64,000 nt of DNA from Bacteroidota bacterium (GTDB lineage: Bacteria; Bacteroidota; Ignavibacteria; Kryptoniales; JAKASW01). Both the position numbers and the translations under genes were made by a program. Under the pieces are notes generated by a model. It ran no database searches. It was not told where the DNA came from and saw only the letters and a program-made list of their open reading frames with translations. Of this stretch, positions 38,690-49,022 are shown piece by piece. The stretch is from positions 11,026 through 75,025 of the forward strand of contig JAJZVO010000003.1 in assembly GCA_021845665.1 (NCBI GenBank), read 5' to 3'. Each line of letters begins with the position of its first letter. Within the stretch, counting starts at the first letter, position 1.

Positions 38690-41185
38690 CTACGCGTCCA
38701 GCACACGCCTTATCCCGTCCAGCACTTCCGCTTGCTTGTAAGGCTTCAGTATTATCGCCATAGCCCCCGCTTCCAGAAGCTCCTCTCTCTCCTCAGGTAC
38801 AAGGAACCCGGTAGCGGCGACAAATCTAACATCCGGATTAATTGTCTTCATGCGTTTCATCACTTCCAATCCGGATAATTTCGGGAGACCATAATCCGAG
38901 AAGACAATGTCGATCCCTTTCCACTGCCGCTCGTAAATTTCGACCGCCTGCTCGCCGTCATCGGCGGTAACCACCTTGTAGCCGCTGGAACTAAGTATAG
39001 ATATGGCGAGCTCCTTCAACATCTCTTCATCCTCTACCACGAGGACGGTCTCGTCACCTGCGGCCGTTTCCGAAACCGTCTCAGTTTTTGCGTGTCCCTC
39101 CCCATCTTTAGTATCCCCGGTTGGGATGTAAATAGTGAACGTTGTTCCGCGCTCCGGCTCGCTTGCCACATCGATGAAGCCGCCGTGATTCTCAACTATT
39201 CCGAAAACAACCGACAATCCAAGACCGGTTCCTTTCCCCGGTCCCTTAGTAGTGAAAAAGGGCTCGAAGACATGCAGGCGTGTTTCTTCATCCATCCCTT
39301 CACCGTTGTCGCTGACCGACAACCGTACATAAGTTTCGGCCGCCGCCCCGTTGAACTTAGACCGGACTTCTTCACCGCTTGCCGTGTCCGTCGATATGAC
39401 CAGGACGCCTGAACCGCGCATGGCGTCGCGTGCGTTCACCGAAAGATTGAGGAGGACCTGATGTATCTGTGTCGAATCGGCGGTGACGAGCGGTAGATTG
39501 TCATCAAGCTGGCACACCAGCGTCATCGTGCGCGGGAAAGTCTCGTAGAACAGCTTCTGGAGTTCCCGGACACAATCGTTCAGGAACACCAGGGAAAAGG
39601 AAACCTCACTCTTCCGGGCAAAGGTAAGCATCTGCCTGACAAGGGATGCCCCGCGATCGGCCGCTTGCGTAATCGCATGCGCACTTTTGATAATTCTTTC
39701 GTCGGCACCGCGGGTGCGCTCGATCAGAGACGAGTTTCCAAGTATTATCCCGAGGACATTATTGAAATCGTGCGCTATCCCGGCGGCGAGAATCCCGATC
39801 GACTCCATTTTTTGGGACTGGATCAGTTGCTCCTGGAGCCTTTTGCGCTCGCTCACGTCTTCTTTGATTGCAATGTAGTGTGTAACATTCAACCCATCGT
39901 CCTTCACGGGTGTAATGGTCATCTCCTCGTCGTAGAGGGAGCCGTCTTTCCGGCTGTTTACCAGCTGGCCGTGCCACGGTATTCCTGCCGAGATTGTCCC
40001 CCACAATTGCTTGTAAAACGACTCGGGCTGTCTTCCTGATTTGAGAATGCGTGGATTTCGTCCTATCACTTCGTCCACACCGTATCCTGTCAGAGTTGTA
40101 AAGGCTGCGTTTACGAACTGTATGTTCGCCTCGCGATCGGTAATGACGACGGCGTTTGCGGCAGACTGTATGGCGGCCACCCAAAGTCGCATTTCCTCTT
40201 CCGCCCTCTTGCGGGAAGTGATGTCGCGGTAGTTGATGACAATCCCCCTGACGGAATTGTTGTCGAGGAGATTGACGGCTGTCGCTTCAATATTTCGCCA
40301 AGATCCGTCTTTATGCCTGAGACGAAGGTCAACGGTGGCCCTTGAACCCGGCGTCCGAATAAGCTCCTTCAGAGCGCTCTGTGCCGGGACTCTATCGTCC
40401 GGATGAACTGTATCGAATGGCCCGACAAGCTCGTCATTTTCGTAACCAAGTAAGCGCTTCCTCGATGGGCTTCTGTAGACATTCTCAAGGTCCTTTGTCA
40501 GGACGGCAATTGCGTCTGAAGCATTCTCGACCAGGGCACGAAGGTACTCTTCCTTTTCCATCAAGAGTTCTTCCGCGTGTTTGCGCTCAGTGATATCGCG
40601 GATCACCATGCTGGTCCGTTCATTGCCGGACCGGTCCTTTAGAACAGAGCTGGACAGTTCAGCCGGAAATCTCGTGCCATCTTTCCTGACCAGAGTGAGC
40701 TCGCCTCTGAACTTCCCTGTCCGCCGCCGCTCCTCGAGCGCAGCTTTATGTCGCAAGTCTTCGGGGTCAGCAACGCCTGCGCGGCCCATCGACTTCAGCT
40801 CCTCTTCAGTCCAGCCAAAAACCCGGCACGCCGCGGTATTTGCCGATAATATCTCCCCGTCGGGGCTGGTCAGCAAAATCGCATCGATGCTGTTCTCGAA
40901 TAATGAGCGGTAATTCTCCTCGCTCGCAATGAGCGCCTCCTCCGCAAGTTGACGGTCCTTTGATTCGGACTCCCAGTGCCTGAGCTCCTTCTTCAGCAGG
41001 ATATAGAGCAGAACTGCCGTCACCGTTACGAAAGCCCACCCCTTGTAGGTTTGAATCTCAGAAATGAGCCTGACATTGTTTACCAGCATCGCCAAAATCC
41101 GATCCGATAGAAGTATCCAGACGACAGAAATGACCCAGTAGATGAGTGCGGTGCTAAGGGAAATCCGGACGGGCTTGTTCTTCAC
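38690..41185 (-). CDS. Hybrid histidine kinase (2 TM, 3 PAS, HisKA, HATPase, receiver)
   Basis: IAHDFNN, NLSVNARDA, PFFTTK, GTGLGL, C-terminal receiver. Confidence 0.93.
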   Translation of the reverse strand: MKNKPVRISLSTALIYWVISVVWILLSDRILAMLVNNVRLISEIQTYKGWAFVTVTAVLLYILLKKELRHWESESKDRQLAEEALIASEENYRSLFENSIDAILLTSPDGEILSANTAACRVFGWTEEELKSMGRAGVADPEDLRHKAALEERRRTGKFRGELTLVRKDGTRFPAELSSSVLKDRSGNERTSMVIRDITERKHAEELLMEKEEYLRALVENASDAIAVLTKDLENVYRSPSRKRLLGYENDELVGPFDTVHPDDRVPAQSALKELIRTPGSRATVDLRLRHKDGSWRNIEATAVNLLDNNSVRGIVINYRDITSRKRAEEEMRLWVAAIQSAANAVVITDREANIQFVNAAFTTLTGYGVDEVIGRNPRILKSGRQPESFYKQLWGTISAGIPWHGQLVNSRKDGSLYDEEMTITPVKDDGLNVTHYIAIKEDVSERKRLQEQLIQSQKMESIGILAAGIAHDFNNVLGIILGNSSLIERTRGADERIIKSAHAITQAADRGASLVRQMLTFARKSEVSFSLVFLNDCVRELQKLFYETFPRTMTLVCQLDDNLPLVTADSTQIHQVLLNLSVNARDAMRGSGVLVISTDTASGEEVRSKFNGAAAETYVRLSVSDNGEGMDEETRLHVFEPFFTTKGPGKGTGLGLSVVFGIVENHGGFIDVASEPERGTTFTIYIPTGDTKDGEGHAKTETVSETAAGDETVLVVEDEEMLKELAISILSSSGYKVVTADDGEQAVEIYERQWKGIDIVFSDYGLPKLSGLEVMKRMKTINPDVRFVAATGFLVPEEREELLEAGAMAIILKPYKQAEVLDGIRRVLDA

Positions 41186-41429
41186 GCTGCGTCACCCTTT
41201 GTTTTTCTAATACAATGAAATACGCTAGTATGATCGCACTAAGATTGTCAGGCTTGTTGAAAATCTAAAGAAACGGAGAGCCAATTCCAAAAAGCGAATA
41301 CCGCATGACATCCCACCCCCTGGTACAGGTTTTCCTTTGCGGCAAAGGCCTGGATGCCTGGTGTGTCTCCGGCACGCCGTCTGCTGAAAGGCCGGTTCGC
41401 CGTTACTGGCCCCCGGACTAATCGACGGG

Positions 41430-43241
41430 TCAGCGCAGCTCGTTCAATATGGGATTTCGGATCGCCCCGATCTCATCCTGTCCGGTCTTCAGTTCTTCGA
41501 ATACCGTGATGGTGTTCTTCCCCTTCTTCAGCCACGGCGCCGGCACGTAAATGGTCTGCTGCGGCCCAATGTCCCAGTATCTTCCGAGGTTGTGCCCGTT
41601 TATCCAGACACATCCTTTTCCCCAGTCTCTCATGTCCAGGAAGGTGTCGCCGACCTTCTCGAGGGTGAAGCTTCCTTCTCTTATGACGGGATATTGGAAA
41701 TCTCCTTTCAGCTCAGATCTTGTACGCGGTTGCGTCGTGAATGGAAAGCGGTACATTTCCCATCCATCTATCACACTTCCTTCGAGTGTCACTTCCTTAG
41801 TAATTCCCTGGTGGTTGTCGTTGATGTACTTTCCGTAATTTATCCGCCCGAGATTCTCGACAAAAATGTCGAGCGTGTTCAGGCTCTCCGGTAGATCGAC
41901 CTTGCAGGAATCCTGTGCCAGCATCCTGTTGAGGACAGCAACCCTTTTCCCGTTCACGAAGATGATCCCGTAATCTCTCAGACGGTCTATGTATAATTCC
42001 CCCGATACGGGCCCCTTCACGTGTGTGCGGTACATAACGTAACCGTATGCCTGGTGAAGAGCTTCGAAGGTAAGGGGATTTTCCGAGCGGACAGGTGAGG
42101 GAAGGTCATGGATTAGATCGGTCACATATTCGAGCTTGAACTCCGGAATGGTTATCACCCTTTCAACCGGGGGAACTTTCGGGAGCTTAGTGCCGGGAGG
42201 GAGATACTTCTCGATCACCTTTCTCAGGGCGAAAAATTTCGGAGTCGGGTGTCCCGCTTCATCTATCGGGGCATCGTAGTCGTAGCTGCTTATCTGAGGC
42301 GAGTAAGTCATGGGACCGGAATAGTTGGCCCCGTTCATGAATCCCCTCGTAGTCCCGCCGTGGGCCATGTACATGTTGACGGAAAGTCCGTGGGAAAGTA
42401 TGGTGTTAAGTTGTTCCACGCACGTCTTCGTCGAGACAGTGTTGAAGGGCTTCCCCCAGCTGTCGAACCACCCCGGATACCATTCGCCGATGAAGAACGG
42501 CCCATGGCCGTCGTGGTTTTCCCTGACGACTTTCTCGATATGCCTGATATCGATTGAACCGTCCACCGCGGGAAGTGCCCCCTTGACAGAGCCCTTGGAA
42601 ACGTTGTCGATCCCATCGAGCGTATAAAATGGCACATTGAATCCGGCGTCCCTCATCATCTGCTCGTTTATGCTGAGATACTTCTTGTCGTCGCCGTATG
42701 AACCATACTCATTTTCGATCTGGACCATAAGTATCGGCCCGTCGTGAGTAATTTGTAGAGGTGCGAGTTGCTTACCGAGCTGCTCGTAATATGCTTTCAT
42801 CAATTTCAAGAACTTCGGGTCACGGCTCCGCACTTTCAGTCCATTTATGTTGAGAAGCCAATATGGGTAGCCACCAAACTCCCACTCTGCACATGCGTAA
42901 GCGCTAGGTCTTATCAGGACCCATAACCCTTCCTGCTGTGCCATCTTAACGAAGGCCGCAACGTCCGCGTTACCCTTGAAGTTGAATTTCCCCGGCTCCG
43001 GCTCTTCCTGGTTCCAGAAGACGTAAGTGCATATCGTGTTCAGCCCCATCGCTTTCGCCATTCGGAGCCTGGCACGCCAGTAGGCTCTGGGTATTCGAGC
43101 GAAATGCATCTCGCCGCTTATGATCTGGAACGGCTTGCCGTCAAGGAGGAAATGATTTCCGGAAATCTTGAAAGTGTGCGCCTGTACACCCGGCACAGTA
43201 ACGCACGCTGCGAACAGCAGGGCTGCAACTATGTTTCTCAT
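41430..43241 (-). CDS. GH35 beta-galactosidase, secreted
   Basis: ISGEMHF, QIENEYGSY, YMAHGGT, SYDYDAPI. Confidence 0.93.
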   Translation of the reverse strand: MRNIVAALLFAACVTVPGVQAHTFKISGNHFLLDGKPFQIISGEMHFARIPRAYWRARLRMAKAMGLNTICTYVFWNQEEPEPGKFNFKGNADVAAFVKMAQQEGLWVLIRPSAYACAEWEFGGYPYWLLNINGLKVRSRDPKFLKLMKAYYEQLGKQLAPLQITHDGPILMVQIENEYGSYGDDKKYLSINEQMMRDAGFNVPFYTLDGIDNVSKGSVKGALPAVDGSIDIRHIEKVVRENHDGHGPFFIGEWYPGWFDSWGKPFNTVSTKTCVEQLNTILSHGLSVNMYMAHGGTTRGFMNGANYSGPMTYSPQISSYDYDAPIDEAGHPTPKFFALRKVIEKYLPPGTKLPKVPPVERVITIPEFKLEYVTDLIHDLPSPVRSENPLTFEALHQAYGYVMYRTHVKGPVSGELYIDRLRDYGIIFVNGKRVAVLNRMLAQDSCKVDLPESLNTLDIFVENLGRINYGKYINDNHQGITKEVTLEGSVIDGWEMYRFPFTTQPRTRSELKGDFQYPVIREGSFTLEKVGDTFLDMRDWGKGCVWINGHNLGRYWDIGPQQTIYVPAPWLKKGKNTITVFEELKTGQDEIGAIRNPILNELR

Positions 43242-43415
43242 CTCGAAGTCCTCTTACTTCCGCCGTAGGTTTGCTGCCAATAAGAACTATCTCGGACTGC
43301 CTCACGCAGATAAATAGAGAAGCACGGAGAATAGCGGTTCTCCGTGCACTGAAGTCATCAGGCCGATTGCTGTGAATCTCCATGAAACGCGTGTCGAGAG
43401 CGGTTGTGCACTCTA

Positions 43416-43533
43416 CTAGTGCCCATCCAACTATCATTTGCTAACTTGGTCCCGCCAAAAGCGAGCGGGATGCTCATTCCAACAATAATTTTACCTGCAC
43501 GTTGTTTGGTAAAATTAGTTGGAATGGCACTAG
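43416..43533. mobile_element. MITE-like element (118 bp) at a CTAG site
   Basis: CTAG at both ends; TIR GTGCCCATCCAACTA versus rc GTGCCATTCCAACTA (13/15); internal hairpins. Confidence 0.6.
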
Positions 43534-44660
43534 AACGCACCGCCGTAAGGGGTTTTTGTAATCCACGTCATCCCGTCCTGCCTGATATGGACAGTCTTCT
43601 TCCCGTCCTTGCTCTCTATTCTTCCTTCGAAGAGGTCGGGAGTGACATAAATCTTCGGTGGAAGAATATAGCCTTTGGCAGGGATGAATTTTATGTTGAG
43701 CTTCGAGAGATCGGGCGTAAATTTATGATGATTCATGAAATATTGCCGCTCGGCGTAGTAAACGAGACGCAGATCCCATTTTGCATCCTCGACGTTGTGC
43801 CACACGAACTTGTCGTGGCCTTCGCCGACCTTCTTGGTGGAGAATTGCACGAACCCCCACATCTCAGGGTAGTGCATGTCGATGATTCCCTGCGGCGACC
43901 AGACCCAGTTGTAGAGCGGAAGGTACTGCCCGGTCTTCGGATCTCTTTCTTTGAAGTAAGCCCCGTTCTTAACGCCAAGATGCCATTCCACTCGCGAGAA
44001 ATTGATGCGCCACTGCTGACCTTCCTTCGGCGGTGCACCTTTCAAGGCACACTGCCCAAGCACCGACCATGGGAAGGCTGCCTCGACCGTCCAGCCGGTA
44101 TCTACATCCGCCGGGTTATTAATTGTACCATGAAGCCCGATGCCGACCTTCAGGCCGACATCATTCCAGGCGTTCACCGCGGCATCCTGCACATCCCTGT
44201 AAGGCGCTCTCAGCAGAAGATCCCAGACGGTTCCAAACGCGTTTATCTCCGTCTCGTAATATGGCTGCGTGCTCCCGTTAGGATCTATGAACACTTCGAA
44301 GTCGTTGTTATCGAATATGACCGTGTCTCGTTCTCTCAATGTGGCCCACAAGTTCGGCTCCTGAAGCTTTGCACCGATATAGAGGTACTTGCTGTCCCAG
44401 AGCATCTTTACCCTGGTCTTGTAAATCGGAAGCGGCTGTGAGGGCCCTTGAATGTCCACAAAGTAAGATGTCCACTTGGCTTTCTTCCATGACGGTTCGT
44501 TCAGATGACCGTCGATCTTGATCGGTCCGTCAGCGCGGTAGCAGACGTAATGTTTCGGGGCGAAAGGAATTATCGGAACGGGGAATATCTTCTTTCCGCC
44601 GGCTAATGCATACCCACTGCAACTGACAACTGCTGCCAAAACAAGAAGCATCTTCTTCAT
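43530..44660 (-). CDS. Carbohydrate-binding family 9-like secreted protein
   Basis: IDGHLNE, DFEVFIDP, WRINFSR, WVWSP...HYPEMWG. Confidence 0.85.
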   Translation of the reverse strand: MKKMLLVLAAVVSCSGYALAGGKKIFPVPIIPFAPKHYVCYRADGPIKIDGHLNEPSWKKAKWTSYFVDIQGPSQPLPIYKTRVKMLWDSKYLYIGAKLQEPNLWATLRERDTVIFDNNDFEVFIDPNGSTQPYYETEINAFGTVWDLLLRAPYRDVQDAAVNAWNDVGLKVGIGLHGTINNPADVDTGWTVEAAFPWSVLGQCALKGAPPKEGQQWRINFSRVEWHLGVKNGAYFKERDPKTGQYLPLYNWVWSPQGIIDMHYPEMWGFVQFSTKKVGEGHDKFVWHNVEDAKWDLRLVYYAERQYFMNHHKFTPDLSKLNIKFIPAKGYILPPKIYVTPDLFEGRIESKDGKKTVHIRQDGMTWITKTPYGGAF

Positions 44661-45064
44661 TCTTTACTCCGGTTGAATTATTTGAATCACTTGATGGGAT
44701 AATTTTGACGACCTCTTTATGAGAACCAAGAACGAGAGCAATTGATAGTTGTCCTCAAAGTGAATCGTTTGTTCCAATCCAGGGTGCCAAACACTCTCGG
44801 CTGGTATATTCACTGTCCGAATATACCTTACGACCTGCAAAGATGTCAAGTAATATATCGAGCTTTGCTCGCAACAGAAATGGGCCGTATTCTAATGCCG
44901 CCGCTTCCCCTCGTCCGTCGACCTCGCCCGAAAACTTGCTCTCAGAAGATACCCTTTCGTGAAATCTGTGAATACAATTTGGCGCGGCTCGTCATAGTTA
45001 TCACGATCTGCCGCCCCTACGGAGTCAAACGGTCTGATTATAACACCGCCGGCGGCCACTACCG

Positions 45065-46567
45065 TTACCCCAGCCCCGAGCCAACGATATCAGTCACTTT
45101 TTCGCCGCCCGTATTGACTTCATCTCCCTCAATCGCCTCCCGTTCGTTCTTCATTGCCTCTGCTATTTCCTCAAAGCTGTGGCCGCTCGCCGGAGTCAGC
45201 AAGCTGATAATTACATGTACCACCGTACCTGCTGCGACCGCGGGCAAGATAGGGACGCTCAATAATCCCGCTTTCGAATGGAACACCATTAGCGAAAGCG
45301 CAACTGCAGGCGTCATGACAAGGGCCGCCAATGCTCCCTGCCAGTTGGAGCGTTTCCAGAAACGGCCGAGGAGTATTATGACCGCGAGCCCGGCAGCCGT
45401 GAGCGGGAGGAAATTCAATACGAAGCCTACGATGTTGGTCGCCCGAAGTGCAACGGCCGTCGAAAGCACAAATGCTCCTATGAGACCCAACCTCGTCGCA
45501 GCTACCGGGTGCTTCGGGTAACGGCGTACCACTGAGTAGTAAATATGCCTGATGAAGAATGAACCGATTGCGCTGGCACTGCCGCTGGCTGAGGAAAAGA
45601 TCGCCGAGCCGATGGCTACCGTCAAAAGGGCGGCAAGCCATGGTGGCAGTGCATTCAGTATGAGCCATGGGAGCGCCAGGTCGGGATGCGAGAGAGCCGG
45701 ATTCAGCTTTAACACGTACATTCCGGCAATGCCGATGGAAGCTGAAAAGAAGACGACGACGGTACCCGCAATCAGCATGCTCCACCTGGCAACGAACTCG
45801 CTTCTTGCTCCGTACACGGAGAGCCTCCGGCCCGGCTCAGCAACGATGCCCAGGACCAGCACTACGATGAGTCCTGTCAGTCGAAGCCAGCCAAACGATT
45901 CAATGCCCAGAAAAGTAAAATACGCCCCGGGCACCGAAGCGTGCAGGCCCGAAAGGCCGCCCACATCTGTCAACGCAACCTTAGCCAGCGAACCGAACCC
46001 CACAAGGAGAAGAATACCCTGGAGGAAAGCGACGTAGACCACGGCTCGCAGTCCACCGGGAATGCACAGCACCGCAATGATTACTCCCGCCGCGACGATG
46101 CTGAGCCTCGGCCCCAGACCTAAGATTGCATTTAGAACGGCACCTCCCCCCATGATCTGCACCGTAAGCCAACCGAGTTGAGAAAGGAAAAGGCTTATGT
46201 TTGAAAATTCCATTACGGCCCGATTCTGTCCGTAGTAGCACGCGATTTCCTCGCCGAGCGTCATGAAGTTGTAGCGCCGCATAGAGGCGAATAGAAAACC
46301 TGTGACAAGCACCCCGAGCCCAAGCGACATAGGGTATGCGCTCCCCGCCCATCCGTGTTGAAACGCCAGACCTGACGCCCCGATCGTGGCTCCGGTCCCG
46401 ACGCATGTCCCGGCTATGCTTCCGGTCAGGATCCAAAACGGAATCCGCCGTCCGGCGATGAGATAGTCCTCGGCTTTCCTGACGCGGGCGGCGAAGAAGA
46501 TTGACAAGATAGATATGAAAGAAGCGTAGATACCCAACCCGAAGAGTATGGTTGTCCGTGTCGTCAC
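45065..46567 (-). CDS. Sodium:solute symporter (SSS) family protein
   Basis: DYLIAGR, about 13 TM helices, GGLRAVVY. Confidence 0.9.
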   Translation of the reverse strand: MTTRTTILFGLGIYASFISILSIFFAARVRKAEDYLIAGRRIPFWILTGSIAGTCVGTGATIGASGLAFQHGWAGSAYPMSLGLGVLVTGFLFASMRRYNFMTLGEEIACYYGQNRAVMEFSNISLFLSQLGWLTVQIMGGGAVLNAILGLGPRLSIVAAGVIIAVLCIPGGLRAVVYVAFLQGILLLVGFGSLAKVALTDVGGLSGLHASVPGAYFTFLGIESFGWLRLTGLIVVLVLGIVAEPGRRLSVYGARSEFVARWSMLIAGTVVVFFSASIGIAGMYVLKLNPALSHPDLALPWLILNALPPWLAALLTVAIGSAIFSSASGSASAIGSFFIRHIYYSVVRRYPKHPVAATRLGLIGAFVLSTAVALRATNIVGFVLNFLPLTAAGLAVIILLGRFWKRSNWQGALAALVMTPAVALSLMVFHSKAGLLSVPILPAVAAGTVVHVIISLLTPASGHSFEEIAEAMKNEREAIEGDEVNTGGEKVTDIVGSGLG

Positions 46568-46790
46568 TTGTACTTAGTCAATTTCCTTCCATCAGTTGTT
46601 GTTTAGTCTGCCAGTATCCGCCGAGTCGATGCGGTACGGGATAGACCCTGCCCGCCTCAAAGGCGTGAAGCAACGCGAGAGCCCTTACAGTCTAACCACC
46701 GTGAACGGATAAATCAATGAAATGCGCCTGTTGCCGACGTGCTCTCGACAGACATGCACCCCGGGGAACGCGAAGGAAACGGGTACAAGC

Positions 46791-48077
46791 TCACGCCAAC
46801 GCAGCGCAAATCCGTCCTATTCTCTTGGCCATAGCCATGATAGTAAGAATAGGAGGATTACCGAGAGATTCAGGGAAGAGGGTCGCATCTGCCACGTAGA
46901 GATTCTGCGGGAGCCAGTCGTGATGAAAAGTCGTCGCTTCTTTCCCGGTGAGCGGAAGCATTCCGCCCGGATGGCCCGCGTTGATAGTGCCGAGGAACAT
47001 ATCACCCTCCTCCCTGCCGAGTCTTCTGAATATCTCCATACAGAGCGAGACACCTTCATTCATCCTACTCCTGTCGATCTCGTTCAGGCCTTTGGTGATT
47101 TTCTTCCCCGTCACGCTCCCCGAGCCCGTATCCGCGAGCTTGACCATCATGCTGTAGATGTCCGGGGAAGAATATTTCCACTGTCTGTTGAAGAAAAAAC
47201 TGAGATAGTCGAAATACGGAGAGACCATAAAGTGTTCTCTTTGCACGATGAAAGGCATCGGGATTTCCTGGTCCTGTCCAACCCCTTCCCATTTTGTCGC
47301 GACGCAAAGCATCGGATCGACGAAGAGGCGGTCCTCACATTCGAAACCCGATTCCCTCAGTATCACGGGCGTTCCAAGACCTCCCGCCGCGAGCACGACA
47401 AGATCCGCCGGGAGGAATCCGAATCGAACAGACCCAGCGACCTCAACACCATAGACTTCTCCGCCGTCCGCAAAGACCCGCTTTACTCTGCACCCGGACA
47501 GAAGTTTGGCTCCCCTTTCCATTGCTACATTCAGAAATTCCCTGCTGTCCCACTTCGCGCCGCGCCTGCAGCCGAATATGCACCTACCGCATGCCGCGCA
47601 CCGGTTGCGATATGCCAACTTGGGAGAGGGCACAGGATCGAGGCCCATCTCACGACAGATTTCGAACACACGCTTTGTCCCGGCGTTCCAGTGTCTCCGG
47701 TGATCGTCCGAGAGCGGAACCTCCCGCTCAAGCTCCTCGAATTCTTTGTCGAGATTTATCCCTATTTCCTTCAGACATTGATCGCGGCGTATTCCGTTTG
47801 CCGTGCATATGGTAGTCGTTCCGCCGGCACCACTCCCATTAACTATTATCAGCTCTCCGCTGCTCTTCCTCACCTTCATCGCGGGAAAAAGAAACCGGAT
47901 CATCCTCTCGTCGAACAAAAGGCCGCTCTTTCTGAATTTCCCGACTAGCGAGAGGTCGGCCGTGAAGGGTCTGAACTCTCTACCTGCTTCCAGAACCGTG
48001 ACTTCAAATGCGCCCTGTAATTCTTTCGCCACTGTAGCACCGCCGGCACCGCTCCCGACAACAATCGCGCGTTTCAA
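46791..48077 (-). CDS. GMC-family FAD oxidoreductase with 4-Cys motif
   Basis: TTG start overlapping upstream TGA; VVGSGAGG, CAACGRCIFGC, HPGG, LGNPPILTI. Confidence 0.85.
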   Translation of the reverse strand: MKRAIVVGSGAGGATVAKELQGAFEVTVLEAGREFRPFTADLSLVGKFRKSGLLFDERMIRFLFPAMKVRKSSGELIIVNGSGAGGTTTICTANGIRRDQCLKEIGINLDKEFEELEREVPLSDDHRRHWNAGTKRVFEICREMGLDPVPSPKLAYRNRCAACGRCIFGCRRGAKWDSREFLNVAMERGAKLLSGCRVKRVFADGGEVYGVEVAGSVRFGFLPADLVVLAAGGLGTPVILRESGFECEDRLFVDPMLCVATKWEGVGQDQEIPMPFIVQREHFMVSPYFDYLSFFFNRQWKYSSPDIYSMMVKLADTGSGSVTGKKITKGLNEIDRSRMNEGVSLCMEIFRRLGREEGDMFLGTINAGHPGGMLPLTGKEATTFHHDWLPQNLYVADATLFPESLGNPPILTIMAMAKRIGRICAALA

Positions 48078-48619
48078 GTAGATTTCACTCCATGCGAAAT
48101 GCGCGCGAAGCAGCAATCGTTGCCCTCCGTCAGTCTCTGTGAAAACGTCAGTCTTCCACCTGCCGTGAGGCCGGAAATCAGTCCCGCATCGAGAGATGAG
48201 ATCACGGAACAGACTTCCGAGGAATAGAAATCCGTGAAATAGCATCTGCTTATTACGACATCGCCCCGCGGACCAGCCATGAAATTTATCCCGACAACTT
48301 GGTAAACCGTATGTGCAAGCTTCATCGCTTGATTCATGTTTTTCACACCGAACTCTCCCCTTAACGCGCTCCCCAGCCTGTATGCATTCCGGTAAAGTCT
48401 CTGTTTTACTTTGCCTCCCGCACCATTGCAGATCGCCCTGGCGGCCTCATCCCTCGTGAAGCGGGCGTATTCCTTGAGACAATCTTCAATCCGTAATCCA
48501 TTCATCGGAGGCATTGTCACTCCGAAAGCATCGGCGGTGGCGGAAAACAACTGCAGAAGCTTCCTCTTCTTGAGAAACACCGGGATGTATATGTCCAACA
48601 GCTCTATGAGGATTCCCAC
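48074..48619 (-). CDS. ATC-hydrolase/V4R-like small protein
   Basis: ISRCYF...EVCSVI..LD.GL..G....RLTEGxDCC pattern. Confidence 0.55.
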   Translation of the reverse strand: MGILIELLDIYIPVFLKKRKLLQLFSATADAFGVTMPPMNGLRIEDCLKEYARFTRDEAARAICNGAGGKVKQRLYRNAYRLGSALRGEFGVKNMNQAMKLAHTVYQVVGINFMAGPRGDVVISRCYFTDFYSSEVCSVISSLDAGLISGLTAGGRLTFSQRLTEGNDCCFARISHGVKST

Positions 48620-49020
48620 TTCCGGCTCCCGACAATTTTCAGATAGAGGACAAGTACGAGCACGCCGATGAGGCCATCAACAATAAAGTTTGCCAGATAG
48701 ACCAAATATCGGGAATGAAATAGGAAGAGGCCAAACGACATGATGGACGAAGCGAGTTTAGCATTTACCAATAGGATCGGGAAAGATTTGCTCCCCGGAA
48801 AGCGATACATCATTACGGCAAGTACCGTCACGATATACATGTAAGCGACGGCAAGTATGAGATAGAAATTGAAGCCGGTCTCCGGACACGGAGGAAATGA
48901 AAGCGGTTTCGACAGGTTATTGAAGAAAGCGATAACCTCGTCAGGCATTGTACCGAAAATAATTCCGACTGCCGCGAATCCGATTGCGAGTGTAAGACAG
49001 AATACTCTGTACGGTTTCAA
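48604..49020 (-). CDS. Four-TM membrane protein of unknown function
   Basis: Four hydrophobic segments; tightly coupled to neighbours. Confidence 0.7.
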   Translation of the reverse strand: MKPYRVFCLTLAIGFAAVGIIFGTMPDEVIAFFNNLSKPLSFPPCPETGFNFYLILAVAYMYIVTVLAVMMYRFPGSKSFPILLVNAKLASSIMSFGLFLFHSRYLVYLANFIVDGLIGVLVLVLYLKIVGSRKWESS

Positions 49021-49022
49021 TC

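Noticed and set aside
46568-46790. Riboswitch or RiPP precursor peptide between GMC and SSS genes
   Set aside because: No known aptamer and no small ORF with a credible SD found.
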